A stretch of 64,000 nt of DNA from Heterodontus francisci. Taxonomy: Eukaryota. The notes below the pieces were generated by a model. The model was not told the origin of the DNA, searched no databases, and saw only the letters and a program-made list of their open reading frames with translations. This document shows positions 13,626-24,505 of this stretch, piece after piece. The stretch covers positions 26,102,142-26,166,141 of the forward strand of contig NC_090413.1 of the NCBI RefSeq assembly GCF_036365525.1. Direction: 5' to 3'. The translations under genes were made by a program, and so were the position numbers. The first letter of the stretch is position 1; the number at the start of each line of letters is the position of its first letter.

Positions 13626-13697
13626 GTTCTGTATTGCATCAAAGCCGCTTTGGTCGAATGGGCTTCCAGGTTCCAACCCGATCAGGCTGAAGTGAAT
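13626..13697 (+). CDS. gclm-like: GCLM-like exon 2
   Basis: tttaag|VLYCIKAALVEWASRFQPDQAE(VN). Aligns to LHDCIQKTLNEWSSQINPDLVR. Two in-frame donors: after 13691 (gtgaat) and after 13697 (gtaagt). Confidence 0.8.
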
Positions 13698-14402
13698 GTA
13701 AGTGTTTATCCTCGGTTGCTGTATGACTGAAATCCGTCTCAACTCAGCATCAATCTCTTCTTGCTCATTTCCCCTCCGTGTCCTTGACTGTTTCCTTGTG
13801 TACGTTTTTTCTAAATCCACCAGCACAAAAAACTGTATCTAAAACACTTAATCTGCTTGTGATGTAGGTGGGAGGAGTGCTTGTAATTCATGCCACCATC
13901 TTCCCATCCCGGAAGTACACGGCAGACATATTGAATTCGGTCAGACTCTATCTGAAAACCAGTGAATTCCAAATCCTTCTCCTGTTCTTCTGGGGAAGTC
14001 TCATAATATGTCCCTGAATGGTATAGTCCCTCTAGGAATGTTCTTTTATTAATATCTGAATGTTTTGTGCTCGTTACCTCGGGAAATTTGGACCCTTCTA
14101 TTTTGGGGAATCACAGGATCAAACACTCCCAGATCAGCATCAGCTGTGGACAGCTACAACTACAGTGTGGGTCGATGCAGCATGTGGGGCCATGTAGCCG
14201 GGAGTACCTGTTCTTGGTCGCAGGATTTTATTGTGTCTCTGATCTCCAGTAATGTTGGAATGGGGAGGCTGAAGGTGGGAATTCAAAGATTTACCCACTA
14301 AAACACTTGCATCTCTTTACCAATTAGGCTGCTGGTCCACTTAACATTCGTTTAATTAAGAACGCTAATTTTTTTTTTTTCTCTCCTGACTAATCCTGCC
14401 AG

Positions 14403-14487
14403 GGATTACCCCAGCATCTGGTTTGTAATCTTGTTCAGGATACTGAGAGGATTGGGCCTAATGAAAGAGAGGATATCAGGATATCGG
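14403..14487 (+). CDS. gclm-like: GCLM-like exon 3
   Basis: Polypyrimidine tract + ccag|GLPQHLVCNLVQDTERIGPNEREDIRIS|gtaggt. 85 nt; aligns to EFPDVLECTVSHAVEKINPDEREEMKVS. Confidence 0.85.
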
Positions 14488-15983
14488 GTAGGTGAACTCC
14501 TAGGGAGGGATGTTTTTATACAGTCAGTGGTTGGTTAATAAAGTGCTGTTATTGTCATGGATGAAATGGACACCACATTCTCTGAGCCAATCACTGAGTG
14601 AGGGCAAAAGGTAAGGTCATCAATCCTGTACTCCCAGGAGGAGTGACACTAGCAGGCAAGAAGTGGAGCTGGTGATTCCCCATTCCCCATCACCAACCTG
14701 CTCTCCTTTCAATTGGATGTGTGCGTGAGTGGGTAAATATTTATAGGCCAGTACAGATTTTCCTGTACAGTTTACAGTTAACTTCATTCAGACCTGGGAG
14801 ATTCAATCAGGGTTGAATTTTCGGGCCCTACCGGAATGGAGGAGGGCGGGGCATCCAGTGTGCTGGTTTCCCAAAACCATTCCCAGCGCCGGCCACTCTT
14901 GCGGAGGCGGGATTGGGTCCTTGCCCCAAACGGTCGGTAGCCAAGCCTAATTGAGGCCAATTAAAGGAGGCCAACTGGGATTTTCCAGTCGGTCTCCAGT
15001 TTCCTTCACCACGGGGGCCAGTTTCGGTGCCTGGAGGCAGGGCAGGAGGACCTCTCTGCCTGCCTGGGTGCAGGAGCAACCACAGGCCACCCAGTAGAGG
15101 GGCTCCCTCCTACCGACCCCAGCTCTGTACCTATTTTTAATTGAAGATGCAAAAAAGTGGAGGAAGGGTGCTTCCACATTGAAGAACCCTCTCTGTTACT
15201 TACCTTCCATTACAGCCTCTGATTGGCCCTCCAGCTTCGAGATCTCGTCAATTAAGAAGGCATCCCATGAAAATCCCAGGTCAGTGGCTGTTCCCCCCCT
15301 CCCAGGAGTGAGCTCGGGACCCAGAAACAGTTCCGATTACTGTTTCCCGCCTCCAGTGGGAAACTCCAGCCCCATTTGTTACTCTATTATAACACTGTAC
15401 TGCCGGCTGGTCCTATTCTAAGGCAGGTACTGGTCTCCCATCAGTACAACTAGGGGAAGAATAGCTGCTTCCTTAATAAGTGTGTATGACCTGTCAAGCT
15501 TCACAGAGAGACAGGGACAGACTGGGATAGGGAGGGAACAGTTAAACCGTGAATTTTTTTAAAATACCACCGCTGTATGTATAGTGTTTTAGTTTACGAG
15601 GCAAGGAATAATTCAACAATAATTTGCATTTATATAGCACCTTTAATATAGTAAACCATCTCAAGGCACTTCGCAGGAGCGATGTCAAACAAACTTTGGC
15701 ACGAAGCCACATAAGGAGATGTTAGGACACGGAGGTCAGCTTTAAGGAGGGTCTTAAAGGAGGAGAGAGAAAGGGGAAGAGGGTTAGGGAGAGAATTCTA
15801 GAGCTTAGGGCCTAAGCAGCTGAAGGCACGACTGCCAGTGGTGGAGCGCTTAAAATTGGGAATGCACAAGAGGTGGGAATTGGAGGTTGGAGAGAGTTTT
15901 CAAGCTGGAGCATATTTCAGAGATAGGGATCTGTTTTAATTCATACTTCCTTCTTCCTGACCTCCTTTTCTTCCCTCCCACAG

Positions 15984-16040
15984 TCAAACTGTTCATCTGT
16001 AGATTTGACACTGCAATCGTTAAAGAGGCTGTGACGAGAG
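15984..16040 (+). CDS. gclm-like: GCLM-like exon 4
   Basis: cccacag|(V)KLFICRFDTAIVKEAVTR|gtatgt. 57 nt, phase 1-1; aligns to AKLFIVESNSSSSTRSAVDM. Confidence 0.85.
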
Positions 16041-17007
16041 GTATGTAGAGACTACCCAACTGGTGGAACTGCAAGGGATTAAACAACTTCTCTCTCACTA
16101 CTTTATAGACAGGGGCCCTCAATGCTATTGAAATTGCAACAGAGTTTGTTTTGAGATTGAGGTGTCTTGAAATATTGAGAGACCATCCACAGATTCTGCT
16201 TCCTCACACTGCAGGATTCAGTTGCGATTCATCCAGAAATTGGCTCTGGGGTGCTGCAGACAGAGTCGACAGGGTCAGGGCAATATTTCTTCAGCTTCAT
16301 TTCGGATTGGAGCACGTCATTCAGGCTGCCACCCCAGTGCAGTGCTGAGGGAGTGCTGCAGTGCTGCGGCTGCTGCCTTTTCCAATGAGGTGTTAACTCG
16401 AGGCCCCCCCTCCACATGTTCCAGAGCCTCAGGTGGCTGTGGGAGATCCGGTGGCAGCATTTGAAGGCGAGCCAGAAGCTGCCCGTGTTCCCCTGGCCAG
16501 TGTTCATCCCTCAGAACTGCCAAAAAAACGGATTCACTGGCCATTTAGTGCAGTGCTGTTTGTGGGATCTTGCTGTGCGCACATGGGTTGCCGCATTTGC
16601 CTAGGCTGTGAAGTGCTGTGGATCGGCCTGAGGGTTTGAAAGGTTCAACATAAAGTTCTTCCTTTCAAAATAGTAAACCTATAGAGTTCTTCCTGAAACC
16701 ATTAACTTTGGGTGCCATCACTCAGCTTTCAAGGTTCTCGCCGAAGAGTGCAACTCGTAAATCTTTCCCTCGTCCCATGACCTTGTAGTGCCTTCAATGC
16801 TGTGTGCTCGCTAAATGACAGGCATCCATAAAGCTTCTCCTGCACCATCTCCGATGGATGCTCCTGTAACTCAGTCTTGTGCAGTCATTGGTGGATACTT
16901 ACTCATGGACCTCCTCCTGTATCAATGATAGGTATTCAATCGAAGAGATCCTCATCTACCATCAGTGAATGGTGCTCATCTATAGACCTTTTCATGTACA
17001 TCAACGA

Positions 17008-18030
17008 TTTTTTTTTAATTTCCAAAATATACTTTATTCATAAAATCTGTAAAAAATACATTACAAAACAGTTCCAAAAAGCACAAAGTCAAACAATACA
17101 AAGAGTGCAAAGGAGATCAGTTTCCCTCAATACAGGAGTGAGTTGCCTCACCACCCTTCCATTTCATTTGACATGCCATGTACATTTTACAGCAAACAAA
17201 TATTTTCTGGATACAGTTCGAGGGGTTTTCCATGGGTCCAGCCCCTCAGTTCAGCTTGGTGGAGGACCTTACACTGTGGCCTTTCCCCATTGAGTCTTTG
17301 CTGCGGCTGCCCCAAGCTTTAGTGCGTCCCTCAGCACGTAGTCCTGGACCTTGGAATGTGCCAATCTGCAGCATTTTGTCGTGGACAACTCTTTGCGCTG
17401 GAAGACCAGCAAGATTCGGGCAGACCAAAGGGCGTCTTTCACCGAATTGATAGTCCTCCAGCAGCAGTTGATGTTTGTCTCGGTGTGCGTCCCTGGGAAC
17501 AGCCCGTAGAGCACAGACTCCTGTGTTACAGAGCTGCTTGGGATGAACCTCGACAAAAACCGCTGCATCTCTTTCCACACCTGCTTTGCAAAGACACATT
17601 CCGGAAGGAGGTGGGCAACCGTCCCTTCCCCACCACAGCCACCTCGAGGGCATTGTGCAGAGGGTGTGAGACTCCGGGCGTGCAGGAAGGATCTGACGGG
17701 GAGGGCCCTTCTCACCACCAGCCAAGCTATATCTTGGTGCTTGTTTGAAAGTTCTGGTGATGTGGCATTCCGCCAAATGACTTTGGCAGTCTGCTCAGGG
17801 AACCATCCGACCAGATCCACCATCTCCTTTTCCCGTAGGGCCTTGCAGACCACTGCCTGATGGTTTGATGGTCAAAGGTGTTTTTCCGTCGAAACTTTTC
17901 CACGAAGGATTGGTGGTACGGCGCGGACCAACTGGATGGAGCGTTCTGAGGCAATGTGACCAGACCCATCCTTCGCAACACTGGGTACAGATAGAACCTC
18001 AGCGCGTGGTGACACTTGGAGTTTGCGTAC
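17008..18030 (-). mobile_element. Tx1-clade-like LINE 3' end in GCLM-like intron 4
   Basis: Minus ORF 17269-17853 with a zf-RVT-like motif (WLVVRRALPVRSFLH..CPRGGCG..TVAHLL.EC.FAKQVW) and a poly(A) tail at about 17008. A related older fragment lies at about 7808-8050. Confidence 0.75.
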
Positions 18031-18188
18031 GATCAATTTTTACTGGGAGCCTTTGTCCTGTACTTGCCCTAGAGTTAATCCCTTTCCCATTGTACCTATG
18101 TTGGACAACCACATCCCAGTCCACTGTCATTCTGTCATATGTCAGGAAGCACAGCTTTAAGAGACATGTTTTCTCCTTTCAATTGCAG

Positions 18189-18391
18189 CCTGTGTGGATC
18201 TTGGGGTAACTCAGCTGGATTCTGTAATCCTCGCTGTTGCTCCATTGCCAGGGGGACAACATCCAACTCTGGAGGACCTGAAGCCTTATTGGAAGGAGCT
18301 GGAGATATTGGTCCAAGACCAGAAGATTGCATCAATAGGAGTTTCAGACTTGGACCAGAAAATGCTGGAGGCTCTTTGCCAACACGCACAG
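18189..18391 (+). CDS. gclm-like: GCLM-like exon 5
   Basis: ttgcag|(A)CVDLGVTQLDSVILAVAPLPGGQHPTLEDLKPYWKELEILVQDQKIASIGVSDLDQKMLEALCQHAQ|gtgtgc. 203 nt; clear GCLM aldo-keto-reductase-fold match. Confidence 0.92.
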
Positions 18392-18832
18392 GTGTGCTTT
18401 CCCCATCTTCTCTTTGCTACTCTTTCCCCTGAAATCTTGCTGAGTATTGCAGCTATCTGGCTCCTTACCCAGGTGGATGCATTCCATCACACATGGGTAT
18501 CTCCTGTCCCTACAGTGTCAGCTGTAGCTCACTGGGCAGCACCCTTTCCTTCTGACTCAAAAGGGTGCAGGTTCGAGTCCCAGTCCAGAGACTTAAGCAC
18601 TAAACGTAGACTGACACTCCCAGTGCAGTACTGAGGGAGTACTCCACTATTGGACGTCCGGTCTTTCAGATGAGACATTAAACCAAGACCCCATCTGCTC
18701 TCTCAGGTGGATGTGAAATATCCAATGGGACGATCAAAAGAAGAGCAGGAGAGTTCTTCCCAGTATCCTGGCCAATATTTATCCCTCAGTCAACAGCATT
18801 GAAACAGATTATCTGGCTACTATCACATTGCT

Positions 18833-21662
18833 TGGATTAGTACCTGGGAGTATGATGTTATTGCTATTACTGAGACTTGGTTGAGGGAAGGGCATGATTG
18901 GCAACTAAATATCGCAGGTTATCGATGCTTCAGGCGGGATAGAGAGGGAGGTAAAAGGGGTGGAGGAGTTGCATTACTGGTCAAAGAGGATATCACAGCT
19001 GTGCTGAAGGAGGGCACTATGGAGGACTCGAGCAGTGAGGCAATATGGGCAGAACTCAGAAATAGGAAGGGTGCGGTAACAATGTTGGGGCTGTACTACA
19101 GGCCTCCCAACAGCGAGCGTGAGATAGAGGTACAAATATGTAAACAGATTATGGAAAGATGTAGGAGCAACAGGGTGGTGGTGATAGGAGATTTTAATTT
19201 TCCCAACATTGACTGGGATTCACTTAGTGTTAGAGGTCTAGATGGAGCAGAATTTGTAAGGAGCATCCAGGAGGGTTTTCTAGAGCAGTATGTAAATAGT
19301 CCAACTCGGGAAGGGGCCATACTGGACCTGGTGTTGGGGAATGAGCCCGGCCAGGCGGTTGAAGTTTCAGTAGGGGACTACTTTGGGAATAGTGATCACA
19401 ATTCCGTAAGTTTTAGAATACTCATGGACAAAGACGAGAGTGGTCCTAAAGGAAGAGTGCTAAATTGGGGGAAGGCCAACTATACCAAAATTCGGCAGGA
19501 GCTGGGGAATGTAGATTGGGAGCAGCTCTTTGAAGGTAAATCCACATTTGATATGTGGGAGGCTTTTAAAGAGAGGTTGATTAGCGTGCAGGAGAGACAT
19601 GTTCCTGTGAAAATGAGGGATAGAAATGGCAAGATTAGGGAACCATGGATGACAGGTGAAATTGTGAGACTAGCTAAGAGGAAAAAGGAAGCATACATAA
19701 GGTCTAGGAGGCTGAAGAAAGACGAAGCTTTGAAAGAATATCGGGAATGTAGGACCAATCTGAAACGAGGAATTAAGAGGGCTAAAAGGGGTCATGAAAT
19801 ATCTTTAGCAAACAGGGTTAAGGAAAATCCCAAAGCCTTTTATTCATATATAAGGAGCAAGAGGGTAACTAGAGAAAGGATTGGCCCACTCAAGGACAAA
19901 GGAGGAAAGTTATGCGTGGAGTCAGAGAAAATGGGTGAGATTTTAAACGAATACTTTGCATCGGTATTCACCGAGGAGAGGGGCATGACGGATGTTGAGG
20001 TTAGGGACAGATGTTTGATTACTCTAGGTCAAGTCGGCATAAGGAGGGAGGAAGTGTTGGGTATTCTAAAAGGCATTAAGGTGGACAAGTCCCCAGGTCT
20101 GGATGGGATCTATCCCAGGTTACTGAGGGAAGCGAGAGAGGAAATAGCTGGGGCCTTAACAGATATCTTTGCAGCATCCTTAAACACGGGTGAGGTCCCG
20201 GAGGACTGGAGAATTGCTTTTGTTGTCCCCTTGTTTAAGAAGGGTAGCAGGAAAAATCCAGGTAATTATAGACCGGTGAGCCTGACGTCAGTGGTAGGGA
20301 AGCTGCTGGAGAAGATACTGAGGGATAGGATCTATTCCCATTTGGAAGACAATGAGCTTATCAGTGATAGGCAACATGGTTTTGTGCAGGGAAGGTCATG
20401 TCTTACCAACTTAATAGAATTCTTTGAGGAATTGACAAAGTTGATTGATGAGGGAAGGGCTGTAGATGTCATATACATGGACTTCAGTAAGACGTTTGAT
20501 AAGGTTCCCCATGGTAGGCTGATGGAGAAAGTGAAGTCGCATGGGGTCCAGGGTGTACTAGCTAGATGGATAAAGAACTGGCTGGGCAACAGGAGAGTAG
20601 TAGTGGAAGGGAGTTTCTCAAAATGGAGACGTGTGACCAGTGGTGTTCCACAGGGTTCCGTGCTGGGACCACTGTTGTTTGTGATATACATAAATGATTT
20701 GGAGGAAAGTATAGGTGGTCTGATTAGCAAGTTTGCAGACGACACTAAGATTGGTGGAGTAGCAGATAGTGAAGGGGACTGTCAGAGAATACAGCAGAAT
20801 ATAGATAGATTGGAGAGTTGGCCAGAGAAATGGCAGATGGAGTTCAATCAGGGCAAATGCGAGGTGATGCATTTTGGAAGATCCAATTCAAGAGTGAACT
20901 ATACAGTAAATGGAAAAGTCCTGGGGAAAATTGATGTACAGAGAGATTTGGGTGTTCAGGTCCATTGTTCCCTGAAGGTGGCAACGCAGGTCAATAGAGT
21001 GGTCAAGAAGGCATATGGCATGCTTTCCTTCATCGGACGGGGTATTGAGTACAAGAGTTGGCAGGTCATGTTACAGTTGTATAAGACTTTGGTTTGGCCA
21101 CATTTGGAATACTGCGTGCAGTTCTGGTCGCCACATTACCAAAAGGATGGGGATGCTTTGGAGAGGGTGCAGAGGAGGTTCACCAGGATGTTGCCTGGTA
21201 TGGAGGGCGCTAGCTATGAAGAGAGGTTGAGTAGATTAGGATTATTTTCATTAGAAAGACGGAGGTTGAGGGGGGACCTGATTGAGGTATACAAAGTCAT
21301 GAGAGGAAAAGACAGGGTGGATAGCAAGAAGCTTTTTCCCAGAGTGGGGGATTCAATTACTAGGGGTCACGAGTTCAAAGTGAGAGGGGAAAAGTTTAGG
21401 GGGGATATGCGTGGAAAGTTCTTTACGCAGAGGGTGGTGGGTGCCTGGAACGCGTTGCCAGCGGAGGTGGTAGACGCGGGCACGATAGTTTCTTTTAAGA
21501 TGTATCTAGACAGATACATGAATGGGCAGGAAGCAAAGAGATACAGACCCTTAGAAAATAGGCGACATGTTTAGATAGAGGATCTGGATCGGCGCAGGCT
21601 TGGAGGGCCGAAGGGCCTGTTCCTGTGCTGTAATTTTCTTTGTTCTTTGTTCTTTGTTCTTG
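18833..21662 (+). mobile_element. Young CR1/HER1 LINE with uninterrupted ORF2 (APE + RT), in GCLM-like intron 5
   Basis: 897-aa ORF with GDFN, SDH, PQGSVLGP and FADD; (TTCTTTG)n tail. Splits a DeuSINE-like element (..cacattgct|LINE|gtttctgggagcttgc). Confidence 0.95.
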
Positions 21663-22161
21663 TTGTTTCTGGGAGCTTGCTGCAATTCCTAAATTAAACA
21701 GTAGGATTACAGAATCAGGAACTGAGCCATGCAGATCAGGGTACTCCAGAATCAATTCCTGAGTTAGCTGATCTTCAGATCAAGCTGTAATGTTGGCTCC
21801 ATTGCCAACACAAGGTTAAAATCAAGCTGGGCTTCGGCTCCTGAACACTGGGAATGGTGCTTTTGGGTGGATGTGGGGTTCAATTGGGACTGGGATTCAA
21901 TGCGATGCACCCTGCAGTTGAATAGCGCAGCAATGTTCACTGTCTTGAGTCCCACATGAAGAGTGGCCGCCCGAAGCAGTTTCCAAAGGGTTGAAGTCAC
22001 CAGCTGCATCGAATCTGACTTCACTCCTTGCCGTCAGGAAAGGAGGGAAGAAATTTGGAGAGAAGGAGTAAATAAGTGCGAAAGAAAGCAAATAGGACAT
22101 GAAGCTAAATGATTTTGGCTGCCTCTTGTGCCTGTTTGAACCAATGTACTCTTACTCACAG

Positions 22162-22276
22162 GTCCCACCGAGCAGTAACCAAGTGAATCTGTCCTCCTGC
22201 TGTGTAATACCACCTGACCTCACCGCCTTTGCTAATGAGAACAACATTCAACTGCTGACACATAATGACCCCCCAG
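22162..22276 (+). CDS. gclm-like: GCLM-like exon 6
   Basis: cacag|VPPSSNQVNLSSCCVIPPDLTAFANENNIQLLTHNDPP|gtaaat. 115 nt; GCLM signature NQVNL.SCCV.PPDL..FA....IQLLTHNDP. Confidence 0.95.
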
Positions 22277-23307
22277 GTAAATTACCCTTTACTGTCCCAT
22301 TTTCTGTAAATTCCCTCTGGCCGCATCCTTGTAAATTGTCAGACATGTTCTGGTTTGCTGATTTGCCATTAGGGGTACAAATAACCAGTCAGCTTGGTAC
22401 ACTGGGTAGCACGATTGACTGTGCATCAGAGGTCTTGGGCTCAAATCCCATTGCACACTTGACAGCACATGGCCGAGGCCTGCTATCTCAGCGCTGAGGG
22501 ATTGGTGCAGTATCAGGGTTGCTGCCTCTGAGATGGGATGTTAAACTGACTCCGAAACTGCTGCTTCAAGTGGCTGTACAAAACCATCTGGCATGATTCA
22601 AAGACCAGCGAGTTGTCCCAACCAATATCCTCCCTCAGCCAACACCACCAAAAACAGATTCACCGTGCCATTCATCAACCTGAGATTGGCGTTTTCCCAC
22701 GTTTCTGCTCGCCAGCTGGAGATTTCCCTGTGCCAAGGCAGGACCTGGGTTGTTTGAACATATTCCTGGAGGTTTAATCACAAGACCTCCCGCCTCCATC
22801 CATTTTACCCCCACACTCCCACCATTGATCACCCAACTTGCCCATCCCCGCGGTGCCCCGCCTTCCCACAGCCAATCAGAAACCGAATAATCTCTCCGTT
22901 TCCCGATTGGATGATTCAGGATTGTTGGTCAAGTGCCTTTTCTTTCCCATGTTCAATATTTTTATAAATAGAAAACAAAAGCGTTCATCGAAATTTTTTG
23001 GAAACACGACTTTTTAATTGCCTCTTTGATTTTTATCCTGGGATTGCTCACAGCAGTGTTCTGGAAGTTAATGTTTAATTCCAGGAAACTCCAGGGCAAT
23101 CCTGGAGAGTTGACAACCATAACCAGGACCTGTTTACATTGAGAATTCCCATTATAACAGATTGCACAGTCATGCTGAATGTTGACATTAAAAAAAATGA
23201 CCAAAAATCCCGAAAGCAGAATAGTGAAGCTTGGGGACAGGAAAAGCTATGAACAAAAGATTTTGAAACGTGACCGTCGCTTTATTAAGGTGGTCTTCCC
23301 TTTCCAG

Positions 23308-23477
23308 ATATCCTTCCGGTGGGATCTTTCCAGGAAGCCCTCAGTACCAGTCTGCAGGACCCTCATGCCCATGAGTGGGCACCACAGTGGCTCCTTCGAT
23401 ACTCAGCAATCATTAAGCACAGAGGAGTCATCAAGTCGAAAGGTTACATGCTCCATGCAGTGAGACAAGTAGAGTGA
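23308..23477 (+). CDS. gclm-like: GCLM-like exon 7 (terminal)
   Basis: ttccag|(D)ILPVGSFQEALSTSLQDPHAHEWAPQWLLRYSAIIKHRGVIKSKGYMLHAVRQVE*. Matches the GCLM C-terminus; TGA at 23475-23477. Confidence 0.93.
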
Positions 23478-23670
23478 CATTACTGAGTCTACATCAAGCT
23501 GCAACAACTGCCGTTGCTTTCTTTCTGCTGTCTAGTTCTGACTCACCTGAGTTCAGAGAGGTTTACAATGGGGAGATTTAAACTATGGTTAGGGTTAGTC
23601 TTGAAACTACCCTATACAGTTACAAAAGTGTCATGCGACTTGTTTATCACAAGGATGCATGGTAGCAACC

Positions 23671-23676
23671 AATAAA
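23671..23676 (+). terminator. Candidate polyadenylation signal of the GCLM-like gene
   Basis: AATAAA about 195 nt after the stop, followed by a GT-rich stretch (attgtttgttcctttggtatgtg). Confidence 0.55.
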
Positions 23677-23788
23677 GCTTATCACTGCTGTAATATTGTT
23701 TGTTCCTTTGGTATGTGAACGATTGTAAGATTCACAGGACTACAAATAATGTCCAAACAATATGTGGGTTTTTATTATAACTTAACTA

Positions 23789-23790
<2 letters not shown>

Positions 23791-23820
<30 letters not shown>
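23791..23820. repeat. (AT)n microsatellite
   Basis: (AT)15 run. Confidence 0.95.
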
Positions 23821-23823
<3 letters not shown>

Positions 23824-24167
23824 ATCTACACGCATCTCTCGCTGTCGGGCTACACCCACAACTTCCTGGTCATGTGTGACATGACATCACTTCCTCTGGT
23901 GATCTTCACTTACAGCCTCTTAAGATGTCCCCTCTTAAGGTGGTCCCACAACGACTGCAACCCTAATTGGCATCAAGTTGGTATTCACACTCAGAAAACA
24001 GATGTTGGCTGGTGTGGGATATTACAAAAAGATTTGCATTTCTATAGCACCTTTTATGACCTCAGGATGTTCCCACAGTGCTTCACATCCAATGTGGTAT
24101 TTTTGAGGTATAGTAACATTTGCAATGTAAGGAATGTGCTAGCCAATTTATGCACAGCCAGATCCTG

Positions 24168-24505
24168 GGGGCGGCACAGTGGCGCAGTGGTTAGCACCGC
24201 AGCCTCACAGCTCCAGGGACCCGGGTTCAATTCTGGGTACTGCCTGTGTGGAGTTTGCAAGTTCTCCCTGTGTCTGCGTGGGTTTTCTCCGGGTGCTCCG
24301 GTTTCCTCCCACAAGCCAAAAGACTTGCAGGTTGATAGGTAAATTGGCCATTATAAATTGCCCCCAGTATAGGTAGCTGGTAGGGAAATATAGGGACAGG
24401 CGGGGATGTGGTAGGAATGTAGGATTAGTATAAATGGGTGGTTGATGGTTGGCACAGACTCGGTGGGCCGAAGGGCCTGTTTCAGTGCTGTATCTCTAAA
24501 CTAAA
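24168..24505 (+). mobile_element. HE1-type V-SINE
   Basis: gggcggcacagtggcgcagtggttagcaccgcagcctcacagc...gggccgaagggcctgtttcagtgctgtatctctaaa. Confidence 0.9.

Noticed and set aside
19096-20872. Antisense ORFs overlapping the LINE (also 44502-46109)
   Set aside because: Typical shadow ORFs of CR1 ORF2.
24168-24240. tRNA-like A/B boxes
   Set aside because: Heads of HE1 SINEs, not tRNA genes.
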